Origin: an uncultured Alphaproteobacteria bacterium
GTDB taxonomy: Bacteria > Pseudomonadota > Alphaproteobacteria > Rs-D84
Assembly (NCBI GenBank): GCA_963931495.1
Contig: OZ007020.1
Location: 270,001 to 302,000, forward strand
Length of the DNA stretch: 32,000 bases
Direction: 5' to 3'
Shown here: piece after piece, positions 16,827-25,404 of the stretch
How the letters are laid out: every line of letters begins with the position of its first letter
Numbering within the stretch: the stretch's first letter is position 1
Notes under the pieces: model-generated
Seen by the model: the letters and a program-made list of their open reading frames with translations, nothing else
Told to the model about the DNA's origin: nothing
Databases searched by the model: none
Made by a program: the position numbers and the translations under genes

Positions 16827-17894
16827 TTAAATTGTATCAAAACTGGTTATAAATGTGCCCGCCGCTGCAATAATTATCAATGGTGGGGCAATAACCGCCA
16901 GTAATGGTGGTAAGACGCCCGTCGCACCCAGTGCATTAAATATATTGATGAAAAAATACACCGCAAAGCATGTCAGAATTCCAATGCCAAATTTTATCCC
17001 GAAATTATAATTGCGACGCTGGTGCGTTTGGGAAAATGCAATCCCCAGCGTGGTCATTGCAATCATGGTCAGTGGCAAGAACAGCAGTGTCCAAAACTGA
17101 ACCAAATGCCCGCGTACAGGTGCGCCGATTGATCGCATCTTGTGTATAAATTCAGGCAAGTTCCAGAATGATATTTGATCAGGTTGCAGGTATCGGTCCA
17201 ATACAGTTTGTGGGTTCAGCAATGTTTTGATATGCCATGGCCCCGTGGTTGCAGTGCCATTTTGGTCCCAGATGGTTGCATTTGTTGCGTTTAACCCGGC
17301 ATCAGACAGTGAAATTGTGTCAGATTGAATGCGTGTCGTTAATTTGAATGAAGCAGATTGTATATATATTGTCGCATCGTCAAACAGCAGAATGTTTCCA
17401 GACTTATGCATGTGTTTCGCATTCATCGTTATGTACCCGGAATCAGATGATTCGCGTAACCAGATTTCGTTATCTATTAATTTCAAGTGGTCGGATGTTA
17501 TGTGTTCAGAACTGAGATGCACAGAATATGGGTTTATCACAGTGGTTGCCAAAATCCCAATTATTAATGCCCCCAGCAAGAATGGGCGCGATATCTGGTA
17601 CGGCGACAGCCCCGCCGCAGATATTATCACGCGTTCACTGGAACGGGTCAGATTATATGATGTCAATAACGTACCCATAAATATCGCCAACGGCAGAAAT
17701 AATGGAACGTATTCCAATAATCTTGTAAATGCATCTTGTATTGCGGCCCATGCCGTTGGGTTTGATGGCAGTCGTTCCACAAATGTTACCGCCATTATGA
17801 TTCCGCATATGGTAAGTAATACCAATCCAATGCCATAGAAAAAACGGCGCATCAGGAATCTGTTCAAAATTTTTGGTTTTGATTTTATTTTCAT
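16827..17894 (-). CDS. LptF/LptG family LPS export permease (YjgP/YjgQ)
   Basis: The N-terminal ILNRFLMRRFF... follows the LDRY..R.F pattern. It has three N-terminal TM helices, a periplasmic beta-jellyroll-like middle and three C-terminal TM helices. The SSERVIISAAGLS motif corresponds to sE..a..a.G.S. The start is set at ATG 17894. Confidence 0.75.
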   Translation of the reverse strand: MKIKSKPKILNRFLMRRFFYGIGLVLLTICGIIMAVTFVERLPSNPTAWAAIQDAFTRLLEYVPLFLPLAIFMGTLLTSYNLTRSSERVIISAAGLSPYQISRPFLLGALIIGILATTVINPYSVHLSSEHITSDHLKLIDNEIWLRESSDSGYITMNAKHMHKSGNILLFDDATIYIQSASFKLTTRIQSDTISLSDAGLNATNATIWDQNGTATTGPWHIKTLLNPQTVLDRYLQPDQISFWNLPEFIHKMRSIGAPVRGHLVQFWTLLFLPLTMIAMTTLGIAFSQTHQRRNYNFGIKFGIGILTCFAVYFFINIFNALGATGVLPPLLAVIAPPLIIIAAAGTFITSFDTI

Positions 17895-17937
17895 CTTTGA
17901 TAACCAATCAAAAAAGTATACATTGTTCAATTCACAA

Positions 17938-17965
17938 TTGCAAAATTAAAATGATTGCGTATAAT
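17938..17965 (+). promoter_or_regulatory. Sigma70-type promoter for greA (TTGCAA - 16 nt - TATAAT)
   Basis: TTGCAA lies at 17938-17943 and TATAAT at 17960-17965, about 26 nt upstream of the greA ATG at 17992. Confidence 0.55.
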
Positions 17966-17991
17966 TTTTGAAAAACAAACAGGATTATATC

Positions 17992-18462
17992 ATGGATAAA
18001 AAGCCAATTTCACGGGCCGGCTTTGACGGTCTGGTAAAAGAATTAAAGGATTTAAGAGAGGTTCAACGTCCAGAAATACTGAAAACTGTCCAGTGGGCGC
18101 GTTCGCTGGGTGATTTGTCGGAAAATGCGGATTACAGCGCCGCCAAAGAAAAACAACGGCAAATTGACAAGCGTATTCAATTCATAGAAAATTTTATAAA
18201 TAACGCGGAAATTATTGATATAGACAGTTTATCCGGTAATCGGGTCGTGTTTGGTGCGCGCGTCGTCGCCGAAGACGAAGATGGAAATCGTATGCAGTGC
18301 AGAATTCTGTCGGATATTGAATCTGATGGAAAACAGGTTATTTCATGCACGTCGCCCGTTGGACGTGCGCTGATTGGGCGATGCGTTGGCGATACGTGTA
18401 TCGTGAAATTGCCGGGCGGTGAAAAAGAATATGAAATTTTAGAAGTAAAATTCAAGGACTAA
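17992..18462 (+). CDS. greA: Transcription elongation factor GreA
   Basis: MDKKPISRAGFDGLVKELKDLREVQRPEI...A...GDLSENADYSAAKE.Q is the GreA coiled-coil N-domain. The C-terminal domain carries ISCTSPVGRALIG. ATG 17992 lies behind RBS AGGA. Confidence 0.9.
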   Translation: MDKKPISRAGFDGLVKELKDLREVQRPEILKTVQWARSLGDLSENADYSAAKEKQRQIDKRIQFIENFINNAEIIDIDSLSGNRVVFGARVVAEDEDGNRMQCRILSDIESDGKQVISCTSPVGRALIGRCVGDTCIVKLPGGEKEYEILEVKFKD

Positions 18463-18470
18463 GTTCAAGT

Positions 18471-20231
18471 ATGGCGATTCGGATTTTGCCAGATTCTTTG
18501 ATAAATCAAATTGCCGCCGGTGAAGTGGTTGAACGCCCCGCCAGTGTGGTTAAAGAATTGGTGGAAAATGCGCTGGATGCGGGGGCAACGCAAATTGTTG
18601 TTGACGTTGCGGATGGGGGGCGGACGTTGATTTCGGTGATTGATGATGGGGGCGGAATGACGCGCCCAGATTTAGAAAACTGTATTATGCGCCATGCAAC
18701 ATCTAAATTACCAAGTGATGATTTATTAAATATTAATTTTATGGGATTTCGTGGTGAAGCGTTGCCGTCAATCGCATCTGTTGGGGATATGACAATTGAT
18801 ACATTCAACAGCGCGGAACCGCATGGTTGGCGTCTGGATTGCACAACTGGGGCGGTGCGGCCGTCTGATTGGGATGGCGGAACGCGCGTTCGGGTGACGA
18901 ATTTGTTTTCCAGAACGCCGGCACGGTTAAAGTTCTTGCGTGGCGATCGGGCCGAAATGATGGCGGTTGTTGATGTGGTAAAGCGATTGGCAATGTCACG
19001 GCCAGATACAGGATTTGTTTTGAATAACAAATGGTATTTTCCAAAAAATCAGGATTTTAACGAAAGAATTGTTGCGGTTATGGGGGATGATGTACGTGGA
19101 CGCATGGTGCATTTGGATGTTCAATCAGAATCTGACCCAGATATGAAATTATGGGGCGTAATTTCGGAACCAACATTGCGACGTGCGTCGTCTGTGGATC
19201 AATATTTGTTTGTAAATGGACGTGCGGTAAAAGATAAAGTTCTGGTTGGTGCGTTGCGCGCCGCGTATATGGATGTTATGCATGCACGTGAATTTCCTTT
19301 GTGTGCGTTGTATTTAACACTGAATCCACGCAAGGTTGATGTTAATGTTTCGCCCGCCAAGACCGAAGTGCATTTTCTGGAACCGTCGCATGTGCGCGGA
19401 TTTATTATAAAATCGTTGCGTGCGGCATTGGCGCGAACAATGATGGAATCTGGGACGGATAGTGGCGCTGGGGTGTCAATTCAAAATATGTCCCGTGTGA
19501 CAAATTTTGCACCATCAAAATCGGTGGTATGTACACATCACCGTGGTCCAGACAGTGCGTTCATGTTTGTCGCATCGCCACATAAATCCAGTATTAATAA
19601 TGATACAGATGCGGTTGATGCCGGTGGTCCAGGTGATTGTGCGTCCAGTGGTTTTAATGCCACGGATTTACCACTGGGGCGCGTTATTGGTCAAATTGGT
19701 AACAAGTATATATTGGCCCAGAGTGGCGAAAATTTGGTGATCGTTGACCAGCATGCTGCACATGAACGAATTACGTATGAAAAACTGCGTCGTCATGCGA
19801 TAAAAGGGCAACCATTATTGACCCCAATCGTTGTATCATTGCGTGGCGAAGATGTAAATGCGGTCTTGGCGGTCGCAGATGAAATGCGTGCGATGGGATT
19901 GCATGTTGATGCGTTTGGGGATTCGGCATTGGCCATATTTGAAAAGCCGGCTGATTGGGATTTTGATTGGGGGCAACTGTTTCACAATATCGCAGATGAA
20001 GTACGCGCGTATGGACATTCATCGCAATTGGCAGAAAGAATGCATCTGAAATTGGCAAATTATGCATGTCATCACAGTGTTCGTGCTGGACAAAAACTGG
20101 ATATGGCCCAAATGGATGCGCTGTTGCGGGAAATAGAAAATACAACCCGGGGCGGGGAATGCAATCATGGGCGGCCGGTATATAAATTTATCCCAATCAG
20201 TGAATTTGATTCTTGGTTTGAACGCATTTGA
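18471..20231 (+). CDS. mutL: DNA mismatch repair protein MutL (endonuclease-motif type)
   Basis: It starts IRILPDSLINQIAAGEVVERPASVVKELVENALDAGAT, a GHKL ATPase. It also has GFRGEALPSIASV, the C-terminal DQHAAHERITYE endonuclease motif and C.HGRP. Confidence 0.95.
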   Translation: MAIRILPDSLINQIAAGEVVERPASVVKELVENALDAGATQIVVDVADGGRTLISVIDDGGGMTRPDLENCIMRHATSKLPSDDLLNINFMGFRGEALPSIASVGDMTIDTFNSAEPHGWRLDCTTGAVRPSDWDGGTRVRVTNLFSRTPARLKFLRGDRAEMMAVVDVVKRLAMSRPDTGFVLNNKWYFPKNQDFNERIVAVMGDDVRGRMVHLDVQSESDPDMKLWGVISEPTLRRASSVDQYLFVNGRAVKDKVLVGALRAAYMDVMHAREFPLCALYLTLNPRKVDVNVSPAKTEVHFLEPSHVRGFIIKSLRAALARTMMESGTDSGAGVSIQNMSRVTNFAPSKSVVCTHHRGPDSAFMFVASPHKSSINNDTDAVDAGGPGDCASSGFNATDLPLGRVIGQIGNKYILAQSGENLVIVDQHAAHERITYEKLRRHAIKGQPLLTPIVVSLRGEDVNAVLAVADEMRAMGLHVDAFGDSALAIFEKPADWDFDWGQLFHNIADEVRAYGHSSQLAERMHLKLANYACHHSVRAGQKLDMAQMDALLREIENTTRGGECNHGRPVYKFIPISEFDSWFERI

Positions 20232-20328
20232 TTTTCGCGCGTTTTTGTAACTATTTTTCTTTACAGGCGCGGCTTTTTTTACTATTCTGACACAATAAAT
20301 TAATAAAAATGTACAAGGAGAAATTTCA

Positions 20329-20643
20329 ATGGAAGAATCAAGCGCAGTTATTGATACAGTTAATACCACTGCCCAAGGGGCGGCAACGGCTGGTGATTGG
20401 TGGGGTATGCTGTTGTATTGTGTTATAATTTTCGCGATTATATATTTGTTTATGGTGCGACCAAATAAAAAGCGGATGGCAGAATATCAAAAAATGATTG
20501 ATTCTTTACAGGTTGGCAACCGCATCATGGCCGGTGGAATTTACGGTACAATTAAAAAAATAAATGAAAAAACAATAGAAATGGAAGTTGCTGATGGCGT
20601 CGTCATAGAAGTTAACAAGGGCGCTGTGGCAACAGTGGAATAA
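20329..20643 (+). CDS. yajC: Preprotein translocase subunit YajC
   Basis: The 104-aa ORF has a single TM helix followed by MVRPNKKRMAEYQKMIDSLQVGNRIMAGGIYGTI, the YajC signature. It lies immediately upstream of secD and secF. RBS AAGGAG is present. Confidence 0.85.
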   Translation: MEESSAVIDTVNTTAQGAATAGDWWGMLLYCVIIFAIIYLFMVRPNKKRMAEYQKMIDSLQVGNRIMAGGIYGTIKKINEKTIEMEVADGVVIEVNKGAVATVE

Positions 20644-20654
20644 AGGGTTGGGTA

Positions 20655-22214
20655 ATGTTAAAAAAACTGGCAATAATTTTTGTCGCGGTATTTGGGGTTT
20701 TGTTGGCTGTGCCAACGCTGGCGCCCAGTTTGGCACCGTATTTTCCATCATGGATTCAGCCGATTCAACTGGGGCTGGATTTGAAAGGTGGGGCGCAGTT
20801 GCTGTTAGAAGTTGATACAAACACCATGTTCAATGAAAAAGCAGAACAACTGTATGAAGAAGCGCGCAGTTCATTAATTGATCGCGACAAGGGGGTTATT
20901 CGCTTTTCAAATATGCGTAATAATAATGGTGTTGTGTCGTTTGTTGTGCGTGAAGAAAGTGATGTGTCCAAGGCGCGCGGTCGGTTAAGAAGCGTATTTG
21001 GCGATACAGTGGATATCACCACAGACGGACGCAATGTATCGTTGGCATATTCACAGCGTGCCAAGGATGAAATGGTGCAAGACGCGTTGTCGCGCAGTAT
21101 TGAAATTGTGCGCCGGCGCATTGATGCATTGGGGACAAAAGAACCATCTATACAAAGCCAGGGTGGAAAGTATATCTTGGTGCAATTGCCGGGGGTTGAT
21201 GACCCAGAACGCATCAAGGAATTAATTGGCCAGACGGCAAAAATGACGTTCCATCTGGTGAATGAAGATATTACCCAAGAACAATTGGCATCTGGACATG
21301 CGCCCAAGGGAACAGAATTTTTACCACTGATGGATATGCCAGATCAATTAATCCCAGTGTATTCGCATGTGGAAGTGTCGGGTGAATCACTGAAAGATTC
21401 CCAGGCGGAATTTGACCAAAACAGTATGCCGGTTGTTACAACAGTGTTTGATGCCGCCGGCGCGCGTAAATTTGCACGTCTGACAACGGACCATGTGAAT
21501 GAACGTTTTGCAATTGTTTTGGACGATATGGTATTGTCGGCACCAACAATACGTGAACCAATCCCAGGGGGGCGTGGGCAAATATCTGGGGGATTTACGT
21601 TGCAGGGTGCAAAAGATTTGGCGGTTCTGTTACGCAGTGGTGCATTACCGGCGCCGTTACAGGTCATAGAAGAACGTACCGTTGGGGCCGGACTGGGGGC
21701 GGATACCATAGAAGCGGGTAAAATTGCGTCTGTGGTCGGTGTCATATTTATTATAATATTTATGATAATCTGCTATCGCGGGTTTGGTGTTATTGCCAGT
21801 TTTGTGTTGTTGGTTAATCTGGCCATGATTATTGGTATAACAGCAGTGCTGGGCGGGGTGTTGACATTGCCCGGGATTGCGGGGATTGTGTTGACGCTGG
21901 GGATGGCGGTTGATGCAAATATTTTACCGTTTGAACGAATACGCGATGAAATTCGTGCGGGGTCCACGCCACTGCGTGCCGTAGAGGCGGGATTTCATCG
22001 GTCTATGAAAGCGGTTCTGGATGGAAATTTGACGAATTTGATTTGTTCGTTGGTGTTGTTCCAATTTGGCGCAGGACCGATTCGCGGATTTGCTGTCACG
22101 CTGTCGGTCGGTGTGTTGACAACGTTATTCACATGCGTTTCGTTGTCAAAGGTCATTATTGATTGGTACATGAACGGCAAAAATAAAAAAATTGGATTTG
22201 TAAAAAGCAAGTAA
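20655..22214 (+). CDS. secD: Protein translocase subunit SecD
   Basis: It has an N-terminal TM helix and LGLDLKGG, a large periplasmic domain, and a C-terminal 5-TM block with GIAGIVLTLGMAVDANIL.FERIRDE. Confidence 0.95.
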   Translation: MLKKLAIIFVAVFGVLLAVPTLAPSLAPYFPSWIQPIQLGLDLKGGAQLLLEVDTNTMFNEKAEQLYEEARSSLIDRDKGVIRFSNMRNNNGVVSFVVREESDVSKARGRLRSVFGDTVDITTDGRNVSLAYSQRAKDEMVQDALSRSIEIVRRRIDALGTKEPSIQSQGGKYILVQLPGVDDPERIKELIGQTAKMTFHLVNEDITQEQLASGHAPKGTEFLPLMDMPDQLIPVYSHVEVSGESLKDSQAEFDQNSMPVVTTVFDAAGARKFARLTTDHVNERFAIVLDDMVLSAPTIREPIPGGRGQISGGFTLQGAKDLAVLLRSGALPAPLQVIEERTVGAGLGADTIEAGKIASVVGVIFIIIFMIICYRGFGVIASFVLLVNLAMIIGITAVLGGVLTLPGIAGIVLTLGMAVDANILPFERIRDEIRAGSTPLRAVEAGFHRSMKAVLDGNLTNLICSLVLFQFGAGPIRGFAVTLSVGVLTTLFTCVSLSKVIIDWYMNGKNKKIGFVKSK

Positions 22215-22225
22215 GGGGCAGGGTA

Positions 22226-23098
22226 ATGAAACTGAAATTTATGAAATATCGCAAGTTATCGTATTGGGTTGCCGGTATTTTAATTGGGCTGTCGGTGTTG
22301 TCATTGGCGTTGCGTGGATTGAATTATGGTATTGATTTTGCCGGCGGTATTTCAATGGAGGTTACACCCGTGTCGGCGGATTATACAATTGATAAAATGC
22401 GGACTGATTTGGAACAATTCAGTCCAGAATTGCAATCAATTGGTGACAGTGGTGCGATTCTGATTCGTGTCGGTTTGCCAAAGGGGGCAACAGATGCAGA
22501 ACAAAACCAGCGTGTCACAGAAATAAAAGATATTTTAGGCAACAATGTTGAATATTCCCAAGTTCAGATTGTTGGACCAAAAATCGGTGATGAATTGGTG
22601 CGTGGCGGAATTTTGGCGATTCTGTTTTCGTTTGTGTTAATGGCGGTATATGTGTGGGTACGGTATCGCGGTGGATATGCAATTGGGTCGTTCATATCGT
22701 TGTGTTTGGACTTTGTTATCATGTTTGGATTCTTTTCTGTGACAGGATTAGAATTTAATCAAACGGCAATTGCTGTTATTCTGATGGGGGTTGGGTATTC
22801 TATTAATGACAAGGTTGTAAATTATGATCGCATAGAAGAAAATATTAAAAAATATCACAAAATGCCGATGGATGATTTGATTGATTTATCAGTTAATGAA
22901 ATGTTACGCAGAACAATTATGACCGGGTTATCTACGATTCTGGCGATGGTTGCGTTGTTCTTGTTTGGCGGACCGGCGTTGCGTGATTTTGCAATTGCGA
23001 TGACATTTGCGGTACTGATGGGAACATTTACCAGCATTTATATATCTAATGTCATATTATATCACTTTAATCTGCGGGACAGTGATAAAGTGAAATAG
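22226..23098 (+). CDS. secF: Protein translocase subunit SecF
   Basis: It has LNYGIDFAGG, a 6-TM architecture, VGYSINDKVVNYDRIEEN and RTIMTGLST. Confidence 0.9.
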   Translation: MKLKFMKYRKLSYWVAGILIGLSVLSLALRGLNYGIDFAGGISMEVTPVSADYTIDKMRTDLEQFSPELQSIGDSGAILIRVGLPKGATDAEQNQRVTEIKDILGNNVEYSQVQIVGPKIGDELVRGGILAILFSFVLMAVYVWVRYRGGYAIGSFISLCLDFVIMFGFFSVTGLEFNQTAIAVILMGVGYSINDKVVNYDRIEENIKKYHKMPMDDLIDLSVNEMLRRTIMTGLSTILAMVALFLFGGPALRDFAIAMTFAVLMGTFTSIYISNVILYHFNLRDSDKVK

Positions 23099-23129
23099 AG
23101 TTGTTTTGTGGTAACCAAGGGGGGAAATA

Positions 23130-24635
23130 TTGAAAATCATAAAGTTTTTTATGGCACTGTTTCTGGCCATTGGTACCACATCGGCGTTCGCGGACAGTTT
23201 GTTTTTTGAAGACGAGCCAATACAAGATGGATTGAATGTTTTTGATGTGTCTGAAACCTTTGCAGATATTTATGAAAAACTGGACAGTGTTAAGTGGGCC
23301 GGAAAAAACATAAATGTCGCGATTGAAAGTCTGGAAAATTTGAATGAAAATGCCCATATCGCCGCCACAGATGAACGCGTTGTGTTGGTGTGGAAAGATG
23401 CGATAATTGCAAATTATCCACGGCCTGGGGCCGGTGATTGGCATGGATTTGGTGAAATTACAACTGCGCTGATACTGAAATTACGTGCGAATGATCCAAT
23501 ATTACATGATGCCAGCGAAAGCGAAATGTACCAGATGGTGGTTGACAGTTTAATGCGTGGAATTGATGAAAATGGGCGGTATATATATTCGCGTGCCGCA
23601 GAAATTGCCGAAGATGGACGGTTGCTGACCAGTATCGGACTGGAAGGTGCGCGCGACGCGCGCGGAAATTATCGGGTAACCGGTATATTCAAAGATTCAC
23701 CCGCGGATATATCTGGAATTCGTGAAGGTGATTTGATTGTGACCGTGAACGGAACAGATGTCGCGGATATGTCTGATGCCGAATTAGCCGCAGTAATATC
23801 GGGATTTAATTCAGGAACATCTAAATTAAAAGTTTTGTCACCCAGTGGGGAAAAGGATGTTGTGTTGCGACGGGCAACAATTATATTGGCGGATGCAGAC
23901 GTTGTTCATCGCAGTGATTCGGATACAGGTGGAATATTGGAAATTGTTGTACATCAAGTATCTGATAATGCCGCTGCAATTATTAACGAAGCATTGGCAA
24001 CATATCCAGATGTGTCGGGTATCGTATTAGATTTACGGGCGGCGACCGGTGATGACGAACGGGCCGCAGCAAAATTAGCCGGGTTGTTCATTGGGGCAAA
24101 GCCTGTTATGCGAATCATTGAAACAGCGAAAAATGAAGTAGAAGTTATACCCGGTGGGGATGCCGTAACAGATGTGCCGGTTGTGGTGTTAATGTCTGAT
24201 ATGACGCGGGGAACCGCCGAAGCAATAGTTGCCGCGTTTTATGAAAATGCGCGTGGGGTTTTGGTTGGTACCCCAACCGCCGGCAGTGCGCGAATCGCAA
24301 CACGTATAAATTTGGATAATGGTGGCGCACTGGAATTGCTGAATAAATCTATTAAAACAGGGTCGGGGCGCATAATTGATGGCCGTGGAATTTTTCCGAT
24401 TGTTTGCCTGTCAAATATTCGTACGGCACAACAACAAAACGCATTTTTCTTGAATGTCATAAATAATGATTTTAATGCCCAGGATTTTAATATGGATGAA
24501 GATATTGACCCAGATGTTATTCGGCGGGGGTGTCCTGTTATTACCAGTGGGGCCGATGAAGATGCTGTTGCTGCGGCTGTGTCGGTAAAGATTTTGACAG
24601 ATTCCAAGGTTTATAACAAATTAGTGGCAGAGTAA
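23130..24635 (+). CDS. S41 (C-terminal processing/tail-specific) peptidase homologue with PDZ domain; catalytic dyad apparently not conserved
   Basis: A TTG start lies behind RBS AAGGGGGG, followed by signal peptide MKIIKFFMALFLAIGTTSAFA. The PDZ domain is GIFKDSPADISGIREGDLIVTVNG. The S41 core is GIVLDLRAATGD...PVVVLMSDMTRGTAEAIVAAFYENARGVLVGTPTAGSA, which aligns with the canonical ..VLVNEGSASASEILAGALQDN.RA.LVGE.TFGKG. Confidence 0.7.
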   Translation: MKIIKFFMALFLAIGTTSAFADSLFFEDEPIQDGLNVFDVSETFADIYEKLDSVKWAGKNINVAIESLENLNENAHIAATDERVVLVWKDAIIANYPRPGAGDWHGFGEITTALILKLRANDPILHDASESEMYQMVVDSLMRGIDENGRYIYSRAAEIAEDGRLLTSIGLEGARDARGNYRVTGIFKDSPADISGIREGDLIVTVNGTDVADMSDAELAAVISGFNSGTSKLKVLSPSGEKDVVLRRATIILADADVVHRSDSDTGGILEIVVHQVSDNAAAIINEALATYPDVSGIVLDLRAATGDDERAAAKLAGLFIGAKPVMRIIETAKNEVEVIPGGDAVTDVPVVVLMSDMTRGTAEAIVAAFYENARGVLVGTPTAGSARIATRINLDNGGALELLNKSIKTGSGRIIDGRGIFPIVCLSNIRTAQQQNAFFLNVINNDFNAQDFNMDEDIDPDVIRRGCPVITSGADEDAVAAAVSVKILTDSKVYNKLVAE

Positions 24636-24655
24636 AATAAATACAGGTGGGTATA

Positions 24656-25354
24656 ATGTTTTTGACCAAAGATAATAAAATAAAATGGAATTGGCTGGCC
24701 TGGGGTGCGGGCATTACATTGGCATTGGTTTTTGCGGGTGTGTTCTGGTTTGACAAGCCGGTATATTTATTCTTGCGCCAATTTGATTTTTGGTTGTGGC
24801 ATTTGTTTGATAAAATTTTTGATGCGAAAATCTGGATTGCGGCATCTGTTATCGTGCTGGTTGTGTTTTACATAAGAAAAATTTTCTATTCCAAGCCCAG
24901 GTACAGAAACAGTAATAATCAACCAAGTTTTCAAACGTTCTGCAAGGATTTTTGGTATAAAACGCGCAACAGTTATGCTGTATTTGTTTTATCATCTGTG
25001 TTGGCGGCCAGTATCGTTGGCAAGGTGTTAAAAATTGTAATAGGGCGTATGCGGCCATTGTTTTTTGAAGCGTTGGATAAAACAGGATTTGTGCCGTTTT
25101 CAACAGATTGGGCGTTTAATTCAATGCCGTCTGGGCATACGTTCGCATCGTTTGCAGGACTGATAATGCTGGGGTTGTTGGCACCGAAAATCAAATGGTT
25201 TACATGGACGTTGGCAATAATTATTGGGGTTTCACGCGTATGTGTTGGGGCGCATTGGCCGTCTGATGTCATATTGGGGGCTTTTATTGGTATGGTGGCC
25301 GCAGATTTGGTAAAGTCGCTGTTAAAGCGATATGGCGCGGGCATTATAAAATAA
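24656..25354 (+). CDS. PAP2-family lipid phosphatase (membrane-bound)
   Basis: All three acid-phosphatase motifs are present: KIVIGRMRP (KxxxxxxRP), PSGH and SRVCVGAHWPSD (SRxxxxxHxxxD). It has multiple TM helices. ATG 24656 lies behind AGGTGG. Confidence 0.8.
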   Translation: MFLTKDNKIKWNWLAWGAGITLALVFAGVFWFDKPVYLFLRQFDFWLWHLFDKIFDAKIWIAASVIVLVVFYIRKIFYSKPRYRNSNNQPSFQTFCKDFWYKTRNSYAVFVLSSVLAASIVGKVLKIVIGRMRPLFFEALDKTGFVPFSTDWAFNSMPSGHTFASFAGLIMLGLLAPKIKWFTWTLAIIIGVSRVCVGAHWPSDVILGAFIGMVAADLVKSLLKRYGAGIIK

Positions 25355-25404
25355 ATACTGATTAAGCATAACATTTTGGTGTTTTTTGTGATAAAATAGG
25401 CCGT

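Noticed and set aside
20232-20328. Terminator after mutL (CGCGC ... GCGCG followed by T7)
   Set aside because: The stem is only 5 bp with a roughly 26-nt loop, which is too weak to call. The T-run may simply be part of the AT-rich yajC promoter region.
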